Shown piece by piece: positions 32,913-43,513 of a DNA stretch of 64,000 nucleotides (the first letter of the stretch is position 1; every line of letters begins with the position of its first letter). The DNA comes from Hyaloraphidium curvatum SAG 235-1 (lineage: Eukaryota > Fungi > Monoblepharomycota). A model generated the notes under the pieces. It was not told the DNA's origin. It was given only the letters and a program-made list of their open reading frames with translations, and searched no databases. Position numbers and translations under genes: made by a program. Location: NCBI GenBank assembly GCA_025558095.1, contig JAIVFI010000038.1:434001-498000 (forward strand), in the 5' to 3' direction.

Positions 32913-34565
32913 CTAGACAAAGACCGCCTGCACCTTCTCCTTCTTCTGCGTCACCCTCGACGCCCCCCCGTCCCAGGTCAGCCTCGGCCTCACCTTCACC
33001 CTCCTCACAAACTCCCCCGGCGCCGCCAGGCCCCCGCCCCACCGCAGGGTGAACACCAGCGCCTCGCCCGTCTCCAACCCCAGCACCCCGTCCGCGAAGC
33101 TCACCGGCAGCCTCAGCCTGGCGCGCAAAACGTCGAACCAGTCCTGGCTGTGGAACCGGTGCACCACCGCCGCCGAGGCCAGCTCCAGCAGCTCCGCCGG
33201 CAGCGTCCGCGGGCTCTGCGTCGAGACCACCGTGCGCACGCCCAGGTGGCGCATCTGGCGCACCGCCGAGACCACCGCGCGGGAGAGGCCGTCGGTGCCG
33301 GCGGGGCGCATGTACTTGTGCGCCTCGTCGAAGACGCACAGCCGCCCGTGGGCAGCGGGGCACGACAGGAACTTGGCCATGACGACGGCAAAGACGCCGT
33401 TGGCCTGCTCGCCGCTGAAGAGGGGGTCGGTGAGGTCCACGACGACCATCTGGTCCGGGGTGCGGAGGACGGCCGAGACGTCGGGTTGGCCGGCGTAGTA
33501 GGCCGCGTTGGAGGGGTCCTCGCGGAGGAAGGAGGCGAGCAGCTGCAGGCGGAGCTCGAGGGGGGATCGCTGCGCGTTGGTGAAGTCCATCTCGGCGATG
33601 TGCGCGCGGAACTGGGCAAAGTTCGGCTTGGCGTCGGCCTTTTGCATTGACCGGAGGTAGTCGATCACGCTCTCCATGTAGAGCGGCATCTCGTCCACGT
33701 GCATGAGCGTCTGAAGGTCCGCAGCGTCCAGATCATCCCAGGAAAAGAGCAGCGGCTTGACGGCGACCGGGAACCCGAGGTTTTCGTAGACCCGCTTTCT
33801 CCGCTTGAAGTTGGCCGGGGAGACAAGCACGACCACGTTCTTGACCGCGCGCGCCATCCCCGCCGGAAGATCGCCCCGCGGCCGCGACAGCGTCACGGCC
33901 TCGCAGAAATTGTCCGGGCTCTGGTCATAATAGAACACCACGGCCGCCATCCCCGCGTCCCCGGCAATGTCCCGCGGCGAGTCCAGCAGGCAGTTCTCGA
34001 TCACGCACGACAGCGTGTGCGACTTGCCGGCGCCCTGCACGCCCACGGCCACCAGGCAGAACGGGGCGTGGGTGTTCATATAAACGTCGGACGCGCGTGC
34101 GTCGGCCAGGGCCGTGGTGCCCAGCCATCCGTAGTGAGGCACGGTGCCCGAGAGGACGGTCTGGCGGTCGACAAAAACCGACTCGATCTCGGGGCGGAGC
34201 TGCGGCCGCGCGCGGGGATCCGAGGCGGCGAAGGCCGAGAGGGGGAAGAGCGCGTCGGTCGCGTCGGGCACCCTCTTTGGAGCCGCAGGCACGTCGGGGA
34301 CCGTCGCCGCTCCGTTCGCGCCCTCCTTCGCCTTCGGGCTCGTGAAAATCACGGGAGAAGGGCCCGTCGTGGGCGAAACGGGCGGCGGCAGCGAGGATCT
34401 GCCAAACTCGAAGGACGGCAGGTCGAACTTGAACGCGCTCGCCGGCTTGGCAGCCTTTGGCTTCGCGGCAGGCGCTTGCCCGCCGGTTCCGAATACAATC
34501 ACCGGCGAGCCGCTGGTCGCCGCGGCCGGGGCCGGGGAGGCCTCGCCCGGCCCCGCGGATGTCAT
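32913..34565 (-). CDS. HerA/FtsK-like P-loop ATPase, intronless
   Basis: Walker A GVQGAGKSHT, Walker B VFDEAHKY, RQMRHLG (Arg finger), VSTQSP, HRF. Confidence 0.85.
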   Translation of the reverse strand: MTSAGPGEASPAPAAATSGSPVIVFGTGGQAPAAKPKAAKPASAFKFDLPSFEFGRSSLPPPVSPTTGPSPVIFTSPKAKEGANGAATVPDVPAAPKRVPDATDALFPLSAFAASDPRARPQLRPEIESVFVDRQTVLSGTVPHYGWLGTTALADARASDVYMNTHAPFCLVAVGVQGAGKSHTLSCVIENCLLDSPRDIAGDAGMAAVVFYYDQSPDNFCEAVTLSRPRGDLPAGMARAVKNVVVLVSPANFKRRKRVYENLGFPVAVKPLLFSWDDLDAADLQTLMHVDEMPLYMESVIDYLRSMQKADAKPNFAQFRAHIAEMDFTNAQRSPLELRLQLLASFLREDPSNAAYYAGQPDVSAVLRTPDQMVVVDLTDPLFSGEQANGVFAVVMAKFLSCPAAHGRLCVFDEAHKYMRPAGTDGLSRAVVSAVRQMRHLGVRTVVSTQSPRTLPAELLELASAAVVHRFHSQDWFDVLRARLRLPVSFADGVLGLETGEALVFTLRWGGGLAAPGEFVRRVKVRPRLTWDGGASRVTQKKEKVQAVFV

Positions 34566-35256
34566 TCGAAAACTGGGGAGCGCAGGGACCTGGGTCCCGC
34601 CGCCGAGTCGGCCTCAAAATCGAGGACGGCCATTAGCTGGACAAATCGTCGCCGTATCCACGATCAGAAGCATCTCTGGCATTCAGCTAATCAGTGCAGC
34701 GTTAGGCAGGCTGCGACCGAACTTGAAGCGTTTCAAAGCCATCGCGCCGCCCGAGTCCGAGCTTGACCGACGTCCTCCGGCGGCGACATTCTCGACGGTC
34801 CCGAAAGCAGCTTGCTTGATCAGTCGCTGGCGGTACCAGTTGCCGCACCTCCGCTCCTTGGTGGATTGGAAGGGTCGCTGGTTGATGATCTGCGGCGCGG
34901 CTGCCTGAAGCGTGAAAAGCTTGGCGTCGAGGAGGCCGATGTTCCGGCGCCGCTGCGCCTAGGCCGACCCCGAAGCAGCCGCGCGTGCCCGCTCCTGGTG
35001 TGCTGCCTGCATCATGCGCGCCTCCTGCAACGCGCCTTTAGATGTCCCTGAAGAAGGTCCCTACGTCATGATCGCATAACACAAGGAAGAAAAGGGACGC
35101 CTCGAGCCCGAGTACTGCGACGCTTGATTACCAGGAAATGGAATCAGATGTCTTTCCAAGGGCTTGGTGTAAGACCACAACGTTGACGACTCTACTACTG
35201 AGGAACATCTACCAGACCACTTTTGCCGCCCCGTGCCGCCCTCGCAGCAGCCCTCC

Positions 35257-36367
35257 TCACAAGCTCGCCTCCTCCTCGACCGTCCTGTCCACGTACCGCA
35301 CCCTCGCCGCCGCCCCCTCCCTCGCCAGCGCCTTGATCGGGTGCTGCCCGTTGACCCGGCCCACGAGCGGCGTGCAGACCGAGTAGCCGAGGAGCGACTG
35401 GAGCTTGGGCGGCATGCGGATGAGGTCCGAGGGGGAGGTGACGAGGAAGTGGTTCTCGTACGGTCGCTGGAAACGGAGCAAGGGATGAGAGGGAGGACGG
35501 ACCCTCGGCGGGCGAGAACCCACGATCCACGGCTCCCCGTAGACGCACGCCACCGCCATCCTCGACTTGTCCGTCGTGTTGGCCCCCGCGCTGTGCCACG
35601 CCGTGCTGACGAACATGCACACGCTCCCCGCCGGCGCGACGAACTGGATCCCCTGCTCGTGGTCGTTGGCCTCCGGGAGCCGGTCCTCGCCCCAGAGGTG
35701 CGAGCCAGGGATTATATGGGTCCCGCCGTTGGCGCGCGTGAAGTCGTCGATGGCCCAGAAGCAGTTGACGAAGAAGAATTTGCGGGGGCGGGCCATGCGG
35801 GTGTAGTTGTCGTCGTTGTGCCACGGCTGCTTGTGCTCCCCCGGCAGCACCTCGATCGCCTGGCTCGCCGAAAGCAGGTAGTTGGGGTTCAGGACGTGGT
35901 CCAGCACGTTGAGGACCTTGGGGTGGAGGACGAGCGGCTCGACCACCGAGAGCTTGTTGACCAGGTGGTCCGTCCGCCGGGTCGTCTCGCCCTCTGCGGC
36001 AACAAGGAGATCAGCACTCGCTCGACACGGTACGGAGGGGCGACGTGCCAAAGTAGTTGTGCCCGTGGTAGCCCGACTGCTCGCGGTGCACGGCCGCCTT
36101 GATCTTCCGGCACAGGTCCGCCGACACCGCCTTCTCGATGACCACGTATCTGCGCGTTACCACCCGTCAGCCCCCATGCCCCTTCCCCCGGCGGCAAGGG
36201 ACGCACCCGTCCTTCAGCAGCTTCTCCACGTTCGCCATCGTCTCGGGGCTCCTGTCCGCCTGCCGCGTCTGGTAGTCCAGCCCCTCCCCGGCGAACCGCG
36301 GCGAGATGTCCTTCTGCTCGTTCATAAGCTCGTTGATGTTGCGGGCGTCGAGCACGCGCGTCGACAT
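35257..36367 (-). CDS. PhyH-family Fe(II)/2OG dioxygenase, multi-exon
   Basis: QPWHNDD, DDFTRANGGTHIIPGSHLW, APAGS, WHSAGAN, R; ends ASL. Confidence 0.9.
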
Positions 36368-36777
36368 GGCGGCGAATGGGCAGGGGAGTGCGGAAATCGG
36401 GTGGTGTTGCGCCGCTGGATTGCGGGCGCCCGGGTGCGGCGGCGCGGGGGAGCAGACGGCGAGGTTCTCCGCGAAGGTCGGCGGGCGCGGAAGGAGCCGC
36501 GGCCGGTTTCGGGGCGGGGCGCGTGGGAGACGGAGGGGCGAAGAGGCAGGTGGCGCGGCGGCGGCGGCGAACGATCCGTCATTCCGCCTATCACTCGAAC
36601 CTGGGCGCTTGATTCCCCGCGATCGGATCCATAACATCTTTCCTAAGCCCAGGCGGAACACGTGTTTTCTCGATAAACCTGGACCGGTCTCTTCGGCACC
36701 TGCAATCGCCCTGCAACGCGAGGTGGCGACGATCGGACGCAACCCATCTATGCGCGCAGAACAAAGTGGGAAGCGGC

Positions 36778-38460
36778 CTAAAGGACCGCCGCGTCCATGA
36801 ACGGCTCGATTATTTCCATCGTCGTGTCATCCGCCGCGGCATCCACCCCCGCGTCCTCGGCGGTGGTGCCTTCAGCGAGGTCGTCGGTCTCCGAGCCGGC
36901 AAAGAGGCTGCCCATCGAGGCGCCGGTCACGTAGTCGATCCCCTCTACCGCGTCAATGTCCATGTCGGTGAAGATCTGGAACGAGCGGCGGAAGTCCGTG
37001 GTCTCGGCTGTCTTCTGCGGATCGGACGGGAAGGGTTAGGACCCGGCCCCCCTCGCGGGCCTTGCCGCGCATGCACTCACCCCGACCATGTCCCAGAGAT
37101 CGTTCTCGCCGATCCCGGCAAAGGCCTCGCTTAAATCGGGGTCCACGGCGTTGATCGCCTCGATCATCTCCGCCACCGTCGAGCCGAGCTCGATCCCCAT
37201 GTCCACGAGCATCTCGGTCAGCGTCTCCAGCGTGTCGCTGATCATGTCCATGATGGTGTCGGGGACGCCGGGCATGTTCATGAAGTACTGGATCCAGTGG
37301 AAGCTCGCCTCGCCCGAGTTGATCATGCGGGCCGCGTCGCGGAGGGTGCCGATGTAGACCATGCAAGGCTTGGCCGCGATTGTGCACATCGTCATGTTGA
37401 CCTTGATGGTGTCGGAGATGGGCTCGAGCTTCCGGAACGCAGGGCCGAGCACGGCAGTGGGCACCTGGCCGCGGGGCCGCATCATGTTGACGTCGCTGGG
37501 GTAACCCGCGGGGTAAACGGCGCCGACGCGCATGCAGTCCGTCCGGCTCCAGATCCTCGGCGGGAACGGGCCCGAGGTCTTCCTGTTGGCGCCGGTGTGC
37601 ATCACGAGGAACTGCACGTTGGCCACGTTGGGGTTGTTGCCGGCCTGGCAGGGGTGGCCGAGGATGGCGGTGCCGTTGTTGTTCAGGCAGACGTCGCCGA
37701 GGCCTCGGTAGTTGGGAACCGGTCTTATCTCGACTGTAGGAGGATTCGTAGGTATTTCAACGGGGAGGTTGTCCATGAATTGCTGCTGCTGTGTCCAGTA
37801 GGTTTTGCTGAAGTTCGCCGGCACGTCCTTCTGGAACGGGTTGAAGGCGTAGAACCTGATGGTCGCGGGACTGAATTAGCGGCCGATCGAGTCGGAAAAG
37901 CTGCGGGCGCAAAATGCTTACCACTGCCCTGTGGCGTTCGGCTGCCCGAAGCAGCAGCTTGGTCCGGTCCCTGCAAGGAGCGTCGCCCATCCAGAGTTCA
38001 GGTCGGGCTTGACCCATTGCAGCCCGGTCCCGGACTTCCCGGGGATGAAGATGCTGTACGACTCCGGTATGTCCGCGTACTGTTCGAAGAGCGGGGCCCC
38101 GATGTCGGCGCACTGGTTCTGCTCCAGGTAGATCTTGCGGATCGTGCCCCCGTTCCCCTGGCTCCCGATGCTGAACTCGGTCGGCAAGTCCTGGTTGACG
38201 AGGCGGATGACCATGCCCGTGGTCGCAAAGTTCGTGGCCCGCTCGCCGAGGCGGGCCCCGGCCGCGAGCGTTTGGTCGGATTCGTGCGGGGTAGTCGAGG
38301 TCTGCGCGCGGGGCGGGAGATCGCGCCGGCGGGGTGCCCGGGCGCGGCGCACGCGACGGCTGCGGGGCTTGGCGGCGGCTTTGGCGGCGATCGCAGCGGC
38401 CTTGGCGGACTGCGGTCCGCCGAATGCGAGCGCCACGGGTCCGAAGGCCTTCCGGAACCT
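36778..38460 (-). CDS. uncharacterised protein with a Cys-containing core and an acidic helical C-terminus; 5' end unresolved
   Basis: ORF segments 37918-, 37036-37824 and 36778-36963 are linked by GTAAGC..CAG and GTGAGT..CAG introns. Confidence 0.6.
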
Positions 38461-38852
38461 GAGGAACTGCCGCGACTCTCCGCAGTCGCCCGAGTGCTCA
38501 GTGGTGTTGCGAGTGGCGAGCGAGAATTTTGCCGGGCACGAGTAAAGCGGGGCAGAGGTGGATGTGCCCACGGCCTGGGCCGACAGCCGATTGGCTGCAT
38601 CTTCGCAGGCGCCGCGGGATGTGAACGACATGCAGCAGGGCACCAGACCGCCCTTGACGGCGCCATTGCACGAGGTCCGGGAGATCGAGGTGGAGCGCAT
38701 GCTTCCGGAAGCCATCGGGGGTGGTTTCATCACGGAGGAAGATCCCCGCTGGAAAGATGCTGCTGCTGCTTTCGTGCTGAAAATGTTCAACGAGCTCGAC
38801 AAGCTGGAGAAAGAATGGCGCATGGCTGGTTGCAGAGACAAAGAAGTTGAAT

Positions 38853-39821
38853 TTATCGACAGCACGCCCCCGGCTTCTTTGCCTCGTCCAGCATTCTCCC
38901 ATGCTCCTCCTTCGACCCGGCCACGCGCACCGCCCCCCGCCCGTCGCGCACGAGATCGAACACCTTTGCCCGCCACGGATACCCTCCCCGCATCTCGCTC
39001 GTCTCTTCCCGATCCCCTTGCCCGAGCCCCTTTTCGTGCGGCTGCGGGTTCCTGGCGACGACCGAGTCCACGACGAAGATATCCTGCCCGAGCTCGCGTG
39101 CGAGGGCCGAGAACCACACGTCGATGCCGTATCCGGGCACCACGGGCGAGTAAGATCCCAGGAATTGCTCGGCGAAGCTTTTCCGGAAGATGGGCCAGCC
39201 CATCTCGACGAAGGAGACTTGGCGGAACTCGGCGGGCAGACCTGCGCAGGAGCCTTTGCTCGGCGAACACCGACACGCGCACCCCTGTGGCCGCAGAGCG
39301 TAGTAGGTGGTCGTTGCAGAGGCGTCGTGGGCCGGGGAGTAAACGGCCGACGCCGGGTGATCCGCGCCGTGGACTCCGATCGCACGGAACATCGACGTGA
39401 TCTCGCTGGCGGAGAGCAGGAGGTCGTCGTCAAACACTGCTAACCACTTGTACCTGGCCACCAGCTCCGGTTCCGTGGCCTTCAACGCCCAAAGCAGCTG
39501 GAACTTTGTGCCAGCGCTACGGAAGGCCCTCGTGATTCGGGGATCGCTGGCGATCTCTGCCCATCGCGATTCGTTCCGTCCGTAGTAGGCGACCGCCACG
39601 TGGGCCACAGAAGGGTCCACGTCGAGGAAGCTCCGAGGAAGAGTGGGGTCCCCGATGGCCGAGAAGACTAGAAACGGGGTAGGCCATTCGTGCGACGGGA
39701 CGAGGTCCACCGCGTTCGGCGGGGGAGCTGAAGGGGCCGGTAGCTGCTCGAGCCATCGGTATGCCAGCAGCGAGAACAGAGAGAAAAGCGTAATTGAGAG
39801 CGTCGCAACCGCGGGCCGCAT
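38853..39821 (-). CDS. type II membrane DUF707-like putative glycosyltransferase
   Basis: N-terminal TM; TKF, YKWLAVFDDDL (DxD), SPA, FVEMGWPIFRK, GYGID, VVDS. Confidence 0.7.
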   Translation of the reverse strand: MRPAVATLSITLFSLFSLLAYRWLEQLPAPSAPPPNAVDLVPSHEWPTPFLVFSAIGDPTLPRSFLDVDPSVAHVAVAYYGRNESRWAEIASDPRITRAFRSAGTKFQLLWALKATEPELVARYKWLAVFDDDLLLSASEITSMFRAIGVHGADHPASAVYSPAHDASATTTYYALRPQGCACRCSPSKGSCAGLPAEFRQVSFVEMGWPIFRKSFAEQFLGSYSPVVPGYGIDVWFSALARELGQDIFVVDSVVARNPQPHEKGLGQGDREETSEMRGGYPWRAKVFDLVRDGRGAVRVAGSKEEHGRMLDEAKKPGACCR

Positions 39822-39932
39822 CCTTCGTTTGGTCTGAGTTCTCAAGTGGCGGTTGCACGAAGTCAAGGACGCCGTTCAGGGTCCAGGGTCCAACGTCCCT
39901 CGACTTCACCAACCTGCATCTCGACCGTAGAG

Positions 39933-40859
39933 ATGGCAGCGTCGCCCGTAGGCCCGTCGACGACCCGCTGGAGCCGTCTGCAGTCGTGGCACGGCCCATT
40001 CATCGGGCCCGGGCCGGCGGCGGGATCCGCTGTGGCGACGTTGGACGCGAGCAAGGCCGCCGTCTTCTCCCTCTCTCCCCGCGGCAACAACACCTTTGCC
40101 CTCGTGACGACGACGGGGCTGTTCCTGGAAGTGCACCCGCAGGAACCGCGGGTGCGGTTCGCCGCGGCGGACACCGGCGCGCAGCAGCGCTGGGCCGTCG
40201 AGCAGACCAGCCTCAAGCCCCAATGGGCTGGCGAGTACATGTTCCTGAAGTCGCTCGCGCCTCAGGGAGGATATCTTTGTGCCTGGCATGGTGAGAATGG
40301 CACTTGACAGGGCCGTACGTAGCTTCGCTGACGAGATTCCGCCCTTGCCGCCGCCCCAGACGACGCCACCAACACCGTCTCGTTCAGGATCCAGCCCGGT
40401 CCCGCGAAGGAGTGGGAGGTGTGGACCATGCCTCCCTCCGATCCGCTGCAGGATCCAGCCAAGAAGATCAAGCTTCAGTCGTGGCACGGGCCCTACATGA
40501 CTGGCGACGTCTCGACCGGTGTCGCTGCCGCTGCCGCCGACGTCGGCAAGGCCACCGTCTTCCACCTCGAGGACAGGGGCGCGGGCCAGTCCGCCCTCGC
40601 CCTCCTTGGTGGTGGATTCCTCTCCGTGGAGGCTGCCGAGCCGCGGATCAGGATCGTCGCCATGGACGCCGGCCCGAGCCAGCGGTTCGAGGTCAAGCCG
40701 TCGCCTCTTAAGCCTCCCCAACCCGGCAACCCTGTCACAATCAAGAATGCCGCCGGCTACATCTGCGCCTGGCACGACGACGCAACCAACACGGTGTCGC
40801 TGCGCCTCGCCACGGAGCCCAAGGAGTGGGAGACGTGGGCCAGCCAGCAGATCCAGTAA
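39933..40859 (+). CDS. protein of two tandem fascin-like beta-trefoil domains, 1 intron
   Basis: Internal duplication: LQSWHGP..KA.VF.L..RG....AL....G.FL.V...EPR..GY.CAWHDDATNTVS.R....KEWE.W occurs twice. Confidence 0.7.
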
Positions 40860-41052
40860 CAGACGGTCACTCCCGTTATAGTAGTCGGACGCAAAAAGGA
40901 TGCTATCCGTGAAAAGGATCTAGTATAGAGAGCTCGTCGGTCAAGTGGAGTGAGCGGCTTCGGAGTTTCACGCCCGCGCTTGCCACCCGTTTCCACCGGA
41001 ACCTTCTGAGCTTGCCAACGCGAGATTCGGCGGGCAACCGCATCTGCACGAC

Positions 41053-43397
41053 ATGAGCGGACTAGGCAGCGCCGCTCCCCTCCTGGGAGCAGCCGCCGCC
41101 GGCCTCGTCGGCGCCGCCTTCCTGGATTCGCGCGTCGGTCTCTCCAAGGACCTCAAAGCGATCCGCCGCGGGAACCAGTGCCTGCAGCGCCTCAACGACG
41201 TCTGCGTCAACACCGGGCGGTGGAACATCTCCTACCGCTGGTCCGAGTCGGTCGACCGCGTGCCCAACAGCGTCGCGTTTCGGACGCCGGGGATCGAGGA
41301 GGGCGACACCGGCCGCGCGTGGACCTACGCCGAGGCCGACAATGAGATCAACCGCGTCGCCCGCTGGCTCAAGGAGACCGTCGGCGTCAAGAAGGGAGAC
41401 CGCGTGGCGCTCGTGTTTGAGGTGCGTACGCTCCATGTTCGCGACAAGTCTTCGCTGACTGTCTCCCATTCTCTCTTTCCTCCTCCCACTCTCTTTCTTC
41501 TCTTGGATACCAGAACACCCCTCAATACCTCTTCATCCTGCTCGCGATCCAGAAGCTCGGGGCCGTCCATGTGCCCCAGAACTTCAATCTTAGAGGGACG
41601 GGTTTCATTCATTGCGTCGGAATCGTCACGCCCGTCGCGATCATCTTCGAGGACCGGATGAGCCACATCTTCGACGCCGAGGTGTGCAAGGCCATGAACG
41701 ACCGCAACGTCAAGATGTTCTGCTACGACTTTACCGACGGTAGCGCCAGGATCGATGTCCCGGTAGAGGAAGTCGTCTCGGAGGTCTCGCTGGCGAAGAA
41801 GTACCCCGGCCGCGTGGAGCCACCAAGCGAGGAGGACGGCCGCAAGCTTTCGGGACCCACGGACCCGGCGCAGATCCTTTACACTTCGGGCACTACGGGG
41901 CTGCCCAAGGGGACCATGCACCAGCAGTTTGCGCTCAACAGGCTCGCCGTCGTCTTCCCGATCCAGTTCGACGTCTTCAGCAAGGACGACGTGACCATCA
42001 TTGTGTTGCCGATGTACCACTCGCAGGGACTTGTGAGCTTCTACGGCACCATGTGCTCGGGAGGGACCGTCATCGTGGGTTGATGGCACCACATTCGCGA
42101 ATCGTGTGCTAACACTTTCGCGGACAGCCCGTCCGCAAGTTCTCGGCCCGCCGGTTCTGGAGCGACGTCGTCCGCCTCAACGTCACCACGTTCATCTACC
42201 TCGGCGAGATCCTGCGCTACCTGCTCGCCGTGCCGCCCTACCCGGCCGAGCGGGAGCACAAGGTCCGCAAGATCTTCGGCGCCGGCATGCGCGCCGACCT
42301 CTTCGTCCCCCTGCGAGACCGCTTCGGCATCCAGCGCGTCACGGAGTTCTACGCGGCGTCGGACGGCACGGCGTTCACCTCGTTCGAGTGGCACGGCGAG
42401 AAGGAGGGGATCGGCGCGGTCGGGTTCAGGGGGAGGCTGATGGAGCGGATGGTGCCGGGGACCATCATCGTCAAGTACGACCCGATCGAGGAGAAGCTCA
42501 TCCGGGATCCCAAGACCGGGCTGTGCATCCCGTGCGCGAGAGGGGAGCCCGGCGAGGCGCTCGGACCGTACGATCCTTCGCTCCCCGGGCAGCCCTTCTA
42601 CGTACGTTTCACGGCACGCCAATCCGCGAATGCGAGTTGACTTTCTCGGACAGTGGAACAATCCCGAGGCCATCGAGAAGAAGATCTACCGGGACGTGCT
42701 CCAGAAGGGCGACATGTGGTGGCGCAGCGGCGACCTGCTCGTGCAGGACAGCAAAGGCTACTTCTTCGTGAGCTTCTTTTGGAAGTCGAGGCTCACGCCT
42801 CGGGATTGACGTGGTTTCTGTTTCAAGTTCATGGACCGGATCGGCGACACCTTCCGCTGGAAGGGCGAGGTGAGCCCCTCCTGACATCCTCTTGGCGAAA
42901 CTGGTTGCTGATACGGGGTTTCCCGTCCAGAACGTGTCCACTCTCGAGGTCGGGAACGCCATGACCGAGTTCCACCCGCTGCAAGAAGCCAACGTGTGAG
43001 TGCTCGTAAGGTCCCCATGGGCAACCGAGAACTGACCCGATTTTGCCTCAGTTACGGCGTCAAGTTCCCCGGCATCGAGGACGGACGCGCCGGAATGGCC
43101 ATGGTCACGATCCGCGAGGAGTACGCCGGCAAAGACGTCGATCAGCTGATGCGCGACCTCGGCAAGCACACCGTGAAGATGCTGCCTCGCTACGCGGTGC
43201 CCATCTTCGTGCGGGTCGCCCCCGAGATCGAGATCACGGGGACTTTCAAGCACCGTAAGGTCGAGTATCAAAAGGAGGGTGTGGATCCGGCCGTCGTGTC
43301 GGACAAGCTCTTTTGGATGCCACCTGGGTCCAACGAGTATGTGCCGTTCGGCAAGGCCGAGTATGCTACTCTGGGCCAGCTGAAGGGAAAGCTCTGA
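41053..43397 (+). CDS. FATP/Fat1-like very-long-chain acyl-CoA synthetase, multi-exon
   Basis: YTSGTTGLPK, LPMYHS, YLGEILRYL, EFYAASDG, WRSGDL, DRIGDTFRWKGE|NVST, GRAGMA, TGTFKH; ends GKL. Confidence 0.93.
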
Positions 43398-43513
43398 TGT
43401 GTAGCACGATCTTGGAATCATACAGATTGTGTGTTCGCCACAGACAGATCTTCGTCGGCTTTGCGGTGGCGCGGTAAGCCGGTCGGGGATCTCCCGCACC
43501 TTGCCAAATCGCG

